DNA from: Blasia pusilla
Taxonomy: Eukaryota
Reading direction: 5' to 3'
DNA: 64,000 bases
Assembly: GCA_050084515.1 (NCBI GenBank)
Contig: CM114271.1
Location: forward strand, 37,758,001-37,822,000
Below, one piece after another: positions 10,581 to 24,042 of the stretch (the stretch's first letter is position 1; the number at the start of each line of letters is the position of its first letter). The translations under genes and the position numbers were made by a program. The notes beneath the pieces were generated by a model. It was not told where the DNA came from and did not search any database. It worked only from the letters and a program-made list of their open reading frames with translations.

Positions 10581-13475
10581 ATATTTATGGCCTCTACATG
10601 TGGGCTAATTTAAGATTTCCTCTTCCAGAATCCAGGTACGTTGTGTTTGCCTCATTTTTTCCTAAGCTCGTTACGCATGTCCAAGTGTGCATCCATATTA
10701 CGTGGAGGCTTTGATACCTTCCGATGGAAACCGCTCTCACATCTCGCATTAGGTCACTAAGTTCGGATTCGCGTCCTCAATCGAGCTCGCCTCCACGTTC
10801 TACAGATCAGGAAGAACCTTTACACTAGCTCTTGGACTCTCTCATTCCCTCATGCCCTATCTACATTCTTGCCCACAGTGAGGAAGCGCAAGTGAGGTCA
10901 CGCTCTACCTTGCTCTCATCGTCTCATCTTGATTTGAGTCACGGCCCTCAAGTGACTTTGTTTGCACGCGTGTTCACACTCTACCACGGTCTGCACCTCA
11001 CAATTTTGTTTCAATCGTGACCCTGTATTGTCTGCGTTTGCAAATGTGTTAGCTCTATAACTTACCTGAACATCTGCTCTATATCTCTATCTCTCTCTCA
11101 TTTCTGCACATTTTGCTTATATCTGCTCTTGGGTCTGCTCCATTTCGTACAAGTACTTCGTTGGCCCTCTACTTCACATTCCTTTATATTCGTCTTCATA
11201 GTTCAAGATTAGTTGTCTCTTTAAATCTGGAATCTGAAATCCTTCAGGGTACACATACGCTTATCTCTATGCGTCAACACGTGCCACACCTATCTTTTTT
11301 TGTCTCTGAGTCTCTGATTCATTGTCTGACAAGCTCACCACCGCCACTTCATCTTAGTCACAATTATAGCTCAAATACACTAGTATATTTGATCTGCTTG
11401 ATCAAATCACCACTTGATCTGCTGCTCTGAGTGGCATAGCCTCCTGTGTTTGTTTACTCGATGTATTACAATACTCACGAGCTTCTATTGGTTGTGACTA
11501 ATTTTTGCATGTAATTCCTACTCGATTGCTCAAAGTCACCATATATGCTCTTATATTTGAAAACAGGAAACCCTCTCTCTGTTTTTTTCTCTCTCTCTCT
11601 ACTCTTTCGATCATTGTATAAACTCTCATAAAATAGAATGGCAGAAGTTGTGCGGGCCATCGTCACATCTCTTCCTCTTTTGCGCGTAGCTAGAACCGTT
11701 TCTAGTGCCTACCCTCAAGAAACCAAGTGCAGGGGATAGCGTGACGAAATAGTTATATTTTTTAGAGTAGTAAGAGCGCAGATAGGCTCCCCCCTGCACA
11801 CCTGAGATCATAAAGCTGCTCTAGAGGGCATGTGATTCTATCCTCATATTCCCAGATTGTAACCATAACCGACACAGCAGTTTCTCAATACCATCATTTA
11901 GCAGGGATATTCTCTAATACGCATCAATGGCTTGCTATTCCTTCTCAGCACAGCCACGTCTAGGGTGTTTTTCCCTCCTTCCTCCTTCCTCCGTCCAACC
12001 TTGCCATCATATTGATCAAAACTCTATAGAAAGTCAGGAATAAATCACTAGTTCATCTCAATTACATATGTGAGATACATTATCCACATTTTGTTGTACA
12101 TATTTTCAAGTATTTAATGTGTATTTGTTACTCACCACTTCACCAGTTTGGATATTTAGTTTGAAAGCTCATTCTGTAGTACTAAGCCTGTTTGTCCCGA
12201 CGGACAATCTTTTTTTCCCCTCTTTCAAGTATCCACGTACTATTGGCCTCTGCACATACCAGATTCCTACTCCGGGCATTGTGATGACGCGGTGAACCTC
12301 ATTCTCTTTAGAAGCTCAGTTTCTCACATAAATCGAGGCAAATCTCACAATAACATTGCTCTTATTCCGTCACATACCCCTTTACCTCTTTGATCAATTA
12401 CTTTTTCCCCTCAAACCTTTATTGCTGATGCTATTGGACAATAGGACATTGCATTTGGAGTTTCATGCATATATATTCTTCTTCTTCTTTTTTCCTGAAA
12501 GTTTTTGGATTATACCAGACACAACTAATATGTACTTCTAAAGTTCTCACATTGCCAAAGGTGTTAAATTGCACGTCGAGTTAATCCATCTAAAAGTAAT
12601 CACCTTTTGGTACACTTTAGAGGAAGTTCACGGATGTTTGAATCCATTGACTATGAATTCTTATTAATCGCACAGAGTTATTACTACAGCGTTACATTCC
12701 AGTTTGCTATTCATTTTGACAATAATCAATCAACGAGTGCTTCTGATACGCATAATCATCTCTCTTCACTTGAACTCTTCTTGTCTGAATATCGACCACA
12801 CATCAAGCAAGAAAGCCTACTTTGTATCTCATATTATTTCCATCTTCTGAATTTTCAGTCCTACTGCTTGCTACAGGAATAAATCAATTCATGCATGCTT
12901 TACACTCATTTATGTTTTTCCCTCCACGTGTATCTAAGCACATCGTGACAAGTATTCACAACTTGCCAACCGTTTGATATACATCTCATTGATATTTTGG
13001 AGTTTAGCATACTATTGCTCTTTTTGTATCTAAATATTGTATATTCATGCTTCCTGTACACACTGCTGCCCTTGCCGTACACTAAGCTATAACTTCCTAT
13101 TCAGCTTTTCTCCTAGCTAGTACACTCAACTCTATATTTTAACAACATATTAGTTAGAACAATTCCATGGATGACCAGCTTGCTCATTCAACTCATTCAA
13201 CTTGTTTTTTTTATCATACATTAAAGATATTAGACAATAGAGCTCCGAGATGTTTGCGGGCAAGGAATACTTCTACTTCTACCCGCCTAGTTAGAAGCAG
13301 AGACACGACTTTCTTGAAACGCAAGAAATCTCGCTTGCATATTTCTAAGCATAGGGCTCGTTATAGGCACACCTTGGAAAATCAGTTAGCCTGTAAATCT
13401 ATTGCCTACTATTGGCCATTTGCTGATCAATTACTCTCCATATAGGAGTTAACGTATTTATCCATCATTTCATAG

Positions 13476-16400
13476 ATGTTGTGTTATGGTTATTGTGGAA
13501 TTGTAAAGTATTCCTCTCCTAAGGACCCCATGTCCACAATTTCCACATCTCAGTATCCTCCATATGCCTTATGTAATGGTTTTCTAACTGTCTATATTAT
13601 ACCCAAGATAGGTGAGTTTTATGCGTGTGATCCTTGTACCACTCTAGATCCCAGGACTTCACACAATATCTACATGACACCCTCTTATATCAAGCAGATT
13701 CTAGCTCTTAATCCCTTTCATCTTCAGCTACTATCAATGGTTGACTACTGTATTAGGATTATACAAAAGTATAACGGGTTCCACAAGGGATTTTTCAATG
13801 CAACATCACTTAAATACTCGCCTCTCATAGCATGGAACTTGGACTTTACTAGTATCCATGATCTTCAAGCCACAATCACAAGTTTGACACAGATCTTGGC
13901 CATAAATGTACAGATAAACCACCGTTACAGAGACTATAAGTGTTCACTTGAGTTGCCCAATGCATATGCTGGCCTCGTCATTCTTCCTTCTACTACAGTA
14001 AACACTATTGTTAAATCATCTCAAAGTAAAGGCCAAGTAACACATAGCATGTCCCATGATCCATATAAGCTAGATCTTAATTTGTTACAGGATGTTACTT
14101 ATTCCATACCCGTTCAAAGAAGTAATGCCTTTGATAAATTTGATGACGGCTCCATATTTTCAGAAATCAGGCCAATTATAGAGAACCTTTATTGATAGAC
14201 TTATTAGGGTCTTCCAATGATAAGAGGCTAACCATAGAAATAGGGATATTTCCCTTTCCTTTTCCGTATCTTTGGGGATTCTTTCCTAGTATTGGCTCTT
14301 TTTCAGATTATATGAAGTTAAGGTCAAGACAAATATTTAGACCTTTTTCACTTTACGAGCCATATCCTATGGTTATGCACCACCTAAGACAATCCATATC
14401 CCTTTCTTCTACATCGATATCTTGTTCTTTCATTCTTAATAGAGTTCTAGAAAAATGGAGAAGAGACAAGCCACACCTACCTGAGGAAGATCCATACTTT
14501 AATCTATCAAAATATTCATTGAGCCCTCAATTACCTGGTACTCCTGCTTGGCATCGCAAACACTTGAAAGATCTGAGAGCCATGGTAGCTAGATAAGGCA
14601 TGCCCTACACCCTTACATTTGATGAAGTTTTGCCTACAAGATGGACAGAGATTGGACATATAGAGAAAATAGTAACAAATTTCAGATAGTTCATTTATAT
14701 GGAGAGATACACATGCGGAGTGTGCACAACACTTCCAAACCAGATTGCACACATTTCTCTCCGAGTACATACTCTCGAGTCCCCATATCCTTGGTCATGT
14801 TATAGATTACATAATCAAATATGAGTTACAAAATAGAGGTAGCCTGCATTGTCACATAGTATTATGGAGACCTTCAAATGATATTGATAGAGTCACTTCT
14901 GGAACATGTGCTTACATTCCTAGCTCTACATGTTCAAATCCTCCATGACAAGAAACAAATACTAGTTCCATTAGTCCAAATTCAATACTTCTTGATTATG
15001 TGACCTCTAAACAATTGCACCATTGTAAAGAAGGTGCTTATATCTGATTAGGAAAAACACAAGAAACCTTATTGTAGGCCACGTTTTCTGTTGACACAAA
15101 TCTAGCCACGATTCCATTCATTAACCCACAAACCATGCGTTGGGACTCATTATCAACCATCTCACCTTCATCGCAATGTTATACCATACCATCCATTAGT
15201 TTTTCTTTGCTTTGGGAAGCACACATGAACATACAAAGAGTCACAAATATAGATTGGTCCTTTTATCTTATCAAGTATGCATTAAAGTCGAACCCACAAG
15301 CTCACTTGATATTGATACGAAATTGCTAGGTGCCTTGGATTAGAAGCCTTGGATGAAGTTAGATTGAAGCTTATCTCATGAGTTGTTCAATCATTCGATT
15401 TCGCAATAGAAGCAAATTTAGCATCCATGCAAATACCTATAATATTCAGGTCCAGTCATCACAAATATATTGACTCAAACCCTCCCTCTCAAGATCTTTG
15501 TTATATAAGAATGCTTCAATTCCTTGTATCCACCCTGTTGAGCTATACTCTAATAGACCATCCTCTTTAGAAGATTTGACTTTCACACAGTATTGGACAA
15601 GTTATGATATATATAAGAGACCTACTAAGAAAAACATTACCACACTTGTAAGAATTGATTCTCTTGGAAATAGTGTTTATTCCCCATCCAGAGCTATCAA
15701 GTCTACAGAGTTTCACCCTTTACACAAGTGGAATGAGTCCTTTTATAACCTACTTTTACAGCGTATTCCATTTAGGTCAGAGCAAGATCTTCTTCTTCGA
15801 CTTCCACTCAGTGCAAACTTCTCCATGAATGTTTACATCGTGGCATTGTACAAGACATGGAGTCTATTACCTCATTAATACAAGCCCATCTTTGTTCGTA
15901 ACTTGTGGAGTACTGTCCATACTGCAAAAATAGTGTCAAAGTGTGCAAACATCTTCCAACCAAGTCTAGACAGTGATATACATTCATTCTTCGAAGGTGT
16001 TACCTCCATATCACAACCACGTTAGGAGAACAATACTACCCATATCTAGACAGATAGGATACTAAACACGTAACAACACAACTTATTCAAATATTTGCAA
16101 AACCTTTCCTCTACAATTTTCTGGCTCCAAGGATCTCCAAGTTGAGGAAAAAAAATCTTTGTAAATTTCATGTGTAAGTATTGGAGAAACAAAGGCTACT
16201 ATCTCCTCCTGGCAACTACTACAAGTATTGCAGCAGTACGTCTCCATCTTGAAGCAACTATAGTACATTATGCATTTTGCATACCACTTTGTGGAGACAT
16301 TCCTAACATACATGCTACATCCGATCCCTACATTAGGCTGTAGAGTGCAGACATTGTTATTATAGATGAATGTTCTATGCTCACTCCTTGTTTGATGCAG

Positions 16401-17330
16401 ATAATAGCCATGAGACTCAACCAAAGCAAGCCATGTTACAGCAATACACCTTTTTCTAACAGATTAATTTCCTTGGAAGTGACATGGCGCAGCTACCTCC
16501 TATGTGTACTCATACAGTTGAAGTTTTGTGTAGCACTTGTCACTCACTAACGTCTCCATTTCTAAGTAATTTTAAGAAGCTCGAATTAAAGACTCCAATA
16601 AGACACTCTGGCGATCTAGATTACCTTAGATTTCTGACTGATATTAGATCCTCACTACCATCAAAATCTGAAATTCACGCTTGCTTAAAATATTGTTTTG
16701 TCAATGAATCAGAAGCTGTAGACTTTATTTCACATGATACATTAATAGTTTGTTCATATCGCATTGATGCCCAAGTATTTAACACAGTATGTCTCAAGAG
16801 GTTCTTTGATACAATATCAATTATTCCTGTTGGAATAGCTACTAATGCACCTTCAATTCCAGAGTTAGCATCTTGGTTAGAAGATGAAGATTTTCATTAA
16901 TTGACATATATTGAAATTGGGTGCATTGTCATGCTAACCTCTAATATCAACTTGGAAATCCAAGCTGCAAACGGCTCTCATGCCATCATCTCAGCAGTTC
17001 ATTGTGTTGATCATGACATACATTCCATAACAATTAGAATTACTTCCTCGGGTCACTTTGTCAGTGTCACAAGGTCAAGCTTTCCTATACTAAGATATGG
17101 GTCTGGTTGCAAGTATTTGAAGAGGACATTTCCATTAATTCTTGGATATGCCATGATAAGACATAAAAGCTAGGGGCTAATTGTAAATGGTCGTTTTTTG
17201 TTCGTAATTAAGTCCGCCTTCATTGCTGGATTAGTTTATGTTATGCTTTCTAGAGTTCGCAATGAGCAACAGTTGCACATTCTTGGTCAACTATCTCGAG
17301 ATAATTTTTTGACAATTGGTCAAAGAACTA
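13476..17330 (+). mobile_element. Decayed autonomous Helitron Rep-Helicase (HUH endonuclease plus PIF1-like helicase)
   Basis: Rep motifs PGTPAWHRKHLKDLRAMV, YELQNRGSLHCHIVLW (HUH) and YLIKYALK. Helicase motifs DECSM, DMAQLPP, MLTSNINLEIQAANGS, FPLILGYAMIRHKS*G and GLVYVMLSRV. Split by many stops and frameshifts. Confidence 0.9.
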
Positions 17331-19082
17331 GTTCCCTTGCAACTTTTCTATGCCTCTACATTGTGCAAATGTCTACTAGTGAGACTATTTCGAGGACCAG
17401 AGGTAAAAAGCCAATGATGAAAACACATCAACTACATAACTCAACAACTATACCATCTCCAATCTATGATTATCATCTAGATTCTCAACAGACTCTGACA
17501 AAGAACTGCGAGAGCATCCTCTTAGCCTCAGGTCATTTCCTTGCAATAGTACACAATTTTCTCTATAGATATTCGCAGGTTCTCGATCTAACCATTGCAT
17601 AGGTTCCTAGAAGTTACATGGACTTTGCCAATATGATACTAAATGACATTCAAAGCATTCCTGAGCCGTTTACTCCACGAATTGTTTAGCCAATTGAGAA
17701 CCAAATGAGGTTCTATGACAACCTTAGCCTTGTTTCATTTTTGGTACCTCTACAATTCTTTAAGTAAAAAAATAAATTGAAATAAAGAAAGCCTTCAAAG
17801 AAAAGAAAAAGTACCAAAGTACCAAGTTAAGCTAAAATCCAACATGTTGTCCTTACACTATGATAGAGGGGGATTCAACCCCTTATTGAGTAAGAAGCTC
17901 AATCAGCCAACCTGTCATCCCCCTAGCATACTCCCTCCCACTAATTTACTCCCAATTCAACAGTGTCAAGTACACTCGAAGCAAAATCCACAAAAATATT
18001 GAATCCAACATGTTTCAAACATTAAAAAACTCACCAAGATCAACTCACACTCTAAATGTATGTAATGAAAGCATATAAGTCGAATGAATCAAGTATATAT
18101 ATATATATATTCTATCTTTAATCCTGATTTCATTATCAAGGTCACATTAGAAATCACCATTTCAAAATCAATCTATTGCACATTTATTACATCATAAGTA
18201 TACAAGGTTTTGTTATTAGATAAGCATGACCGGAAGACTTGTACCAATTATACATAACACGACAAATGCTTCCCTTCTGTCCAGGAGAAGATACACGCAT
18301 ATCCAAGAAGTCCAAGGATCTACGACGTCTTGACCAATATGAACCATTCTTTTAAATCATAAACACAATATACCCCAACAAAGATATGCTCCTTTCTGCA
18401 ACACTTGCCTCAACTGCAAGTTGTGTCTCTTTTCCCTTCTTTTTCTTTGACTTTGTTGATCTTGTGGAAGGACCAACGTTGTATTTCTTAAAACTCAGTT
18501 GTTATTACATTAGTTTATACTTTCATTAAACCTCAAATATTTTTCCCCTTTTCCTCTACAAGTTTAATATCATAATTTTATGAAACTATGAAATATCTTT
18601 TGCTTATGTCTCTTGTATCTTATCTTCCAATCACTTTTTTATGAGTTGCAACTTTGTTCAACACCGCTTCACTTAATCTCCCAATCTGGATATACATATA
18701 ATCATCCACTCGAGATGACCATATTCTATTTCTAACTATTTATCAAAACTCCAACATATTGCTACATTTCTACTAAATTTACATAGTTTCAATATTCATA
18801 ACAACAATTCTATTTAAAGACATCACATCTAATATATAACTTTCCAATTACAAGCTAACAAGAATTTATATTCCAAACAAATTCAATGGCTCTAAACATG
18901 AAATCAAGACTTCACACAAGCTCGGTCTTCCATCATTTGAGAAGTTTTATTTTTACGTCCTTATTCCCATTCTTACCAAACTCCCCCATATATTTCATTT
19001 ATTCCCTTTCATGAGCCCCTTTATAAATATTTTTACATTATTTAAAACTCAATTTTATAAAAGAGCACATTTTTGAGCATAT

Positions 19083-19530
19083 GCGTTGTGGACCGAATAA
19101 TAAGGACCGTAGTGCTTTTCTATCGCAAAAGACACGTCACTCCAAGAGCTGCAAACTCTACGATTGAAGTAGAGTTTGGAGCTCGAGACTCTTATATACT
19201 CTCCGAAGGACAGTTCACCCAACGCAGTCATCCATCCAGAGTTTTGATCGCTGATCACCTTCGAGAAAAACTTGTCCTTACGATCCATGATGGTGCAAGA
19301 GCATGCTTCCCAAATAAAAAAAAAGCACTAGACTAAAAATTGTGTGGGCATCTGATGGCCAAATAAATCATCTCAACGATACACCCGATTGCACTCGGTT
19401 AAATGAGCTAGCTTTGGTTACCACAGACTCAATCTCACGGACTCTCATTCTTTATCTGTAACCTGACTCCATTCCATAATTGATGTTGATAAATTTAAAT
19501 TACGACTTATCATGAAAATATGTACTTCAT
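19083..19530. repeat. Orphan copy of the gene A downstream flank
   Basis: Aligns with about 27770-28270 and 60710-61075, which lie 3' of A2 and A3. No gene is attached here. Confidence 0.75.
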
Positions 19531-19882
19531 ACAAAGGATTCTTGGGGGAAGACTTAGTGGATGAGATGCTCGCGAAGGGTGCGCAGATCAAGAAGAAGAC
19601 TTGGGCGGATACATACATCACCCAAGAGGGCGCCACGATTCTGTCTTTGGTCAAAAATTTAGGCTTCCAAGAAAAATGCCACATAGGAGTTGGAGCGGAG
19701 GGAAATTTTTTGGCATCGAAGCGAGCAAAGTTCATTCAGACTGCTATGTCAGCAGTCACCAAGTACACTACGAGCAAGATGCAGCGGTACATTGCCATCC
19801 TCAACCCAGATCTTTGCTAGGACTTCTACAAGGAGTTGAAGGCGATCATTAAACGCCACAGGAAGAGGGACGAAGATCTATA
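19530..19882 (+). pseudogene. Internal exon fragment of the ParB-like element gene (duplicate of 52342-52697)
   Basis: YKGFLGEDLVDEMLAKGAQIKKKTWADTYITQE...TAMSAVTKYTTSKMQRYIAILNPDL matches the exon at 52.3-52.7 kb. Confidence 0.6.
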
Positions 19883-20050
19883 AGGTCGAATTGGGGAAAA
19901 GGTCTCATTAGACCGCGTCCACAGGTTAGCACTTTCAGGAATATCCGAATTTAGGTGGATCCGACTGATGAAAATTAGTCTTGAGGGGACTCAAGCACAA
20001 AAACAGGCAGCACATCATCCTCCGGGGGTATCAGACCCTCCCATCTCTCA

Positions 20051-20919
20051 TTGGCTGAGAGAATGGTCTTTCTCGGACTGCGGTATGTGGAATTCTCTGT
20101 TCAATTCGGGCTTCAATTTGAACCTTCTCTGAGTTTACAATTACAAGAATTCAAAGATGCTGATTGGGCAAGAAGCGTGTCTGATGGACACTCCATATAT
20201 GGTTATTCATTTACTTTGGGAAGCCCAATTACAAGTCTATAGTTACTTTATCTTCAAGAGAGGATGAATACAAATGAGCAATCAATGTAGCATGTGAGGA
20301 GGTGTGGCTTCATCAATTACTTGTTGAGATTGGTATTAGTAACTTAAGACCTAGAGTAATATATGCAGAAAATATTAGTAGCATCAAACTTGCTAATAAC
20401 CCTATGTTTCATGCTTATACAAAGCATGTTGAGATGCACTATCATTTTATGAGAGAGAAAATTCTTGCAAGAGAAATTGATCTTGTGTATATAGGTATAG
20501 ATCAGCAAATTGCTAACGTTTTTACAAAGGCATTGTCTAGAGATAAGTTTGAGATGTTTAGAAACAATTTAGGCGTTACAAATCTAAATATGAGCTTGAG
20601 AGGAAGTATTGAAGATTGAGTTACACACGAGATCATGAGACACTTGAACTGCTATATTTGGTACTCACGCAAAGTAGGGAAGCTTGATCTTGGTTAGTCA
20701 GTGAAGTGCGCTTATCTTAACTAAGGTTAGTCAATCACAATTAGTCTAACCAGAGACTATGGTTAAGATTAGGGTTAGGGTTGCTTGTACATACCCTATA
20801 TAATTGAGAAGGGGATCACCCTCCACTCATTCTCTCATTACAAAATTTTGTTCTCCACGGTGATGAGTGAATGTGAGAGCCGTTTCCCACCAGTTATGCT
20901 TCTTTAGCAATTTTCTACA
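20051..20919 (+). mobile_element. Ty1/copia 3' fragment: end of RT, RNase H, PPT and LTR (20607-20919)
   Basis: DADWA..SIYGYSFTLG and ENISSIKLANNPMFHAYTKHVEMHYHFMRE..QIANVFTKAL. PPT TTGAGAGGAAG. LTR ends ...TTCTACA. Confidence 0.85.
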
Positions 20920-23900
20920 TATTCACGATGTGTATTATTTCTAGTTGATACACCGTGTATTTTTTTGCACATCTTGTCTCGATCATCACTTTATTCTTAA
21001 GTACAAACTTTCTCAAGCGATACTATGGAGACTCTCTAGTTCCTTGGTTGACTTTCTTGGATCTCCCCAAGGACTCAATGGACTCGAAGAAATATCCTTT
21101 GTTTGATCCTTGAGAGATTTTGATAGAAGGTAGAGAGTTCAGTCATCCCCAAAGTCAAGACCCTTTAAAAGGCTTAATCTAGAATCCCAAGCCGGTCTTT
21201 TCATGATGTCCAACTTTAAGGTTTCTTTCAGTATATTAAAGGTTGATTGTCCCTTGTTTGTGGTAGCACTTCGTCAAGTTGAAGTTCTATTTGATATACT
21301 CTTCTTGAGAAAGTGGAGACCATTTCTCGCTCTCTAGGGGTGTTGGAGTTGCACTCTTTATGCCATAGTGTTCTTGGATGAACACACATTGGCACTGATA
21401 GCCTTCCCTCTTCTATGTATGGATTTCATTTATGTGCTTATCATCGCAGTGTTTCTTGTTACGTCATGGATTTGAGTGACCTTTTCTTGTTGAACTTGTT
21501 CAAAGATACAACTGTAGAGTCACGAGCAAAGCTGGAGAGCAAGAGCTAGAGCTAGAGATCCAATAGCAAAGTTGGAGCGGCCCAAGAAGACTTTCCCAAG
21601 GTGGGGGGGGGGCAGGTCAGAGGGCCCTAGAAGTATATATAAGGGGAAGGGTCTCTGAGGGTGCTTGGGATCTGAGCACTACTTTCAGTAGCCACAAGGC
21701 TAATCGAGGGCACGGAATGGACCAAGGGCAAGAGAGTAAATTTCAAAGGCCCCCCTTGGATTCCAACTATGACTTAGTTACTAGGTCTCATGGTTAGGGA
21801 CTCATGCAAAATCCATTAGATAGTTGGAACCGCTAAGCATGTGAGCCTCGTTTTAGGTGCCTTGAGTATCTAGAAAGTTTGTCCCAAGTCTACAAAGATC
21901 CGCCCGTATTGGGAAGTGAGGAGTTAGGACCTATTAAGCTTGATGCATGGCAAAGTTGAAAACTCGAAGAGTTGGAAGGGTGGTGGACGCAAACCAAGTC
22001 TAATGAGAGTGTATGTAGATGCAGATCAACAAAGTGAGCATGACCTACTAAATGTATGCTTCCGCAACATCTAAAATTGACGTTCAAAAGGAGTAGGTGC
22101 ACGATAGAAGGGATGAACGCAGACCCAAGTACAGATTAAGGATTGAACAACCTAAAATGTATTGCAAACAAAGCGTAATCAAAATGCTCAAAGAATGCAG
22201 TTTTTGACCCTAGTTTAGAATGACCTTGCTGACTTGGGCCCCATAGTCGTGTATGCTTCCCGCGGACTAAAAAGAAAATTTGGCCGAATCCGGGGTTATG
22301 AGTAATCATAGCTGGTTAAAATTGGTTTTGGTAAAAAAATGGCAAGATTGGGGGTTTTGAAATGGTAAAATCGATTTGAAATCCAATTCTACTATTCCCC
22401 GCTATGAAATACCAGTTCCCATTCTTGCTTCGGTCCACAACGAATATGCTCAAAACTTCAAAAATGTGTTATTTCACAAAATTGAGCTTTTAATAATGTA
22501 AAAATATTTTTAATTTCAATACTAACTAGTATGCGTCCGTTATAGGAAAAGGAAGGCATGATAAAGGGGCTCATGGAGGGAATAAATGAAATATATGGGG
22601 GAGTTTTGGTAAGAATGGGAAGGGGGCTGGTATTTTGGCAGGAGAGAGTAAGAGAGGAGAGGAAGAGAGAAAGAGAGGAGATTCTCTCTTAAAAAAAAAG
22701 GGAGAGTCCGCCTCCTCTCTTCTAAAATTTCATTAGTTTCTTTATAAGTTTTTCTCTTTGAAATGCTAAAAAACTTTAGAAGAGAGTAACAAGTGGACTA
22801 GATTGGGTCATAAACTAACTTCGTGTTTCCAGGCTTCAATCCTAAACTAGACACACCAAGACCAAGTAAGCCGTGGTCTATATATACTACTTACATCACT
22901 CTATATGCTAGCCAAGACTTTCACTACTAATAGATGGGATTTATTTTCTCCTAGGACATTCTTGGAGATTGATAAACAGGATATCAAATTGGGTGAGTTT
23001 ATTAGAAAGTGATGGGTTTGAATATTTCCAACTATGACTTAGACTTCTCTGAGGCCACGAATCAGTCGTCTATGTTGGCTGAGCAATGGGTATATGGAGT
23101 GTCTATGATGGTGATGGATGTTTGGAAAGTTTAGGGCTTAGCGTTTAAACACATCAGTCTGAGGTAAAGAAAGCGACCCTTAAGGCCTACATGGAAGGAC
23201 TACAAGGAAAATAAAGGCAATCAACCTTTCATCATGTCGGAATCCGACAGGTTGGTAGAAAAGCTAGTGACGAAACAAGTGGAGAGAATGAAATGAAGGT
23301 AAGGCATCATCCTTCCATGCAACCTGTCGGAATCTGACAGGTTTAGATGCTGATTGCTTCCATTTTACTCTAAGTCCTTCCTTGTAGATCTCTGTCCTCT
23401 CTTCATGCAACTTGTCGGATTCCGACAGGTTGCATGATAGATGAAGTTTGAATCTAAGAAGAACAACAAGAATGAAGCCTCCCAACCTGAGGCATGCCAA
23501 CCTGTGAGAATGCAATAAGTTTCAGAAAATAACGCCTGAGTGAGGAATGGTTTGAAGGAAATGGGGAACAAGGCGAGGGTCCACAAGCCAGCAAAAATGC
23601 TTGAAAGGATTGTGGTGGCATGGGAAAAGAAAAGTCAGTCAAGTAGACAACCTGTCCAAATCCAACTGGATGGAGGACGTTAAATTGGGAAAATGCAGCA
23701 GCCAATCAATTTGACGTGCAACCTGTCTGAATCCGACAGGTTTCCTGAATGGATCATAGAGAAAGAGGTTTTAAAAAAATATGAGCGTCCCGGAAGCAAT
23801 AAATCCTACAACTTTTTGGAATCCAATAGGTTGCAAGCATGGTCTTTGGTTTGCAACCCAGTTTAATCCGACGGGTTGCTCAATGAAGACCGTTCAGCAA

Positions 23901-24042
23901 AGAGGAATCGCAACCGAGATACACAAGCACCACTACTTAGAAGACACATCAAGAACGTTAATATCCTTAAAAAAAATGGAAGGCCTTTATTATATCCTAG
24001 GGAAACTCGGAAATTTACATTTGTTCACATAATCCAACAACT

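Noticed and set aside
20768-20783. TTAGGG telomere-like repeats (also about 620 and 53602)
   Set aside because: Only two units, and they lie inside a copia LTR.
20920-23220. Possible additional LTR or gene (TATA at about 21635, purine-rich tracts)
   Set aside because: No termini, TSD or coding motif could be identified. Left as unclassified duplicated sequence.
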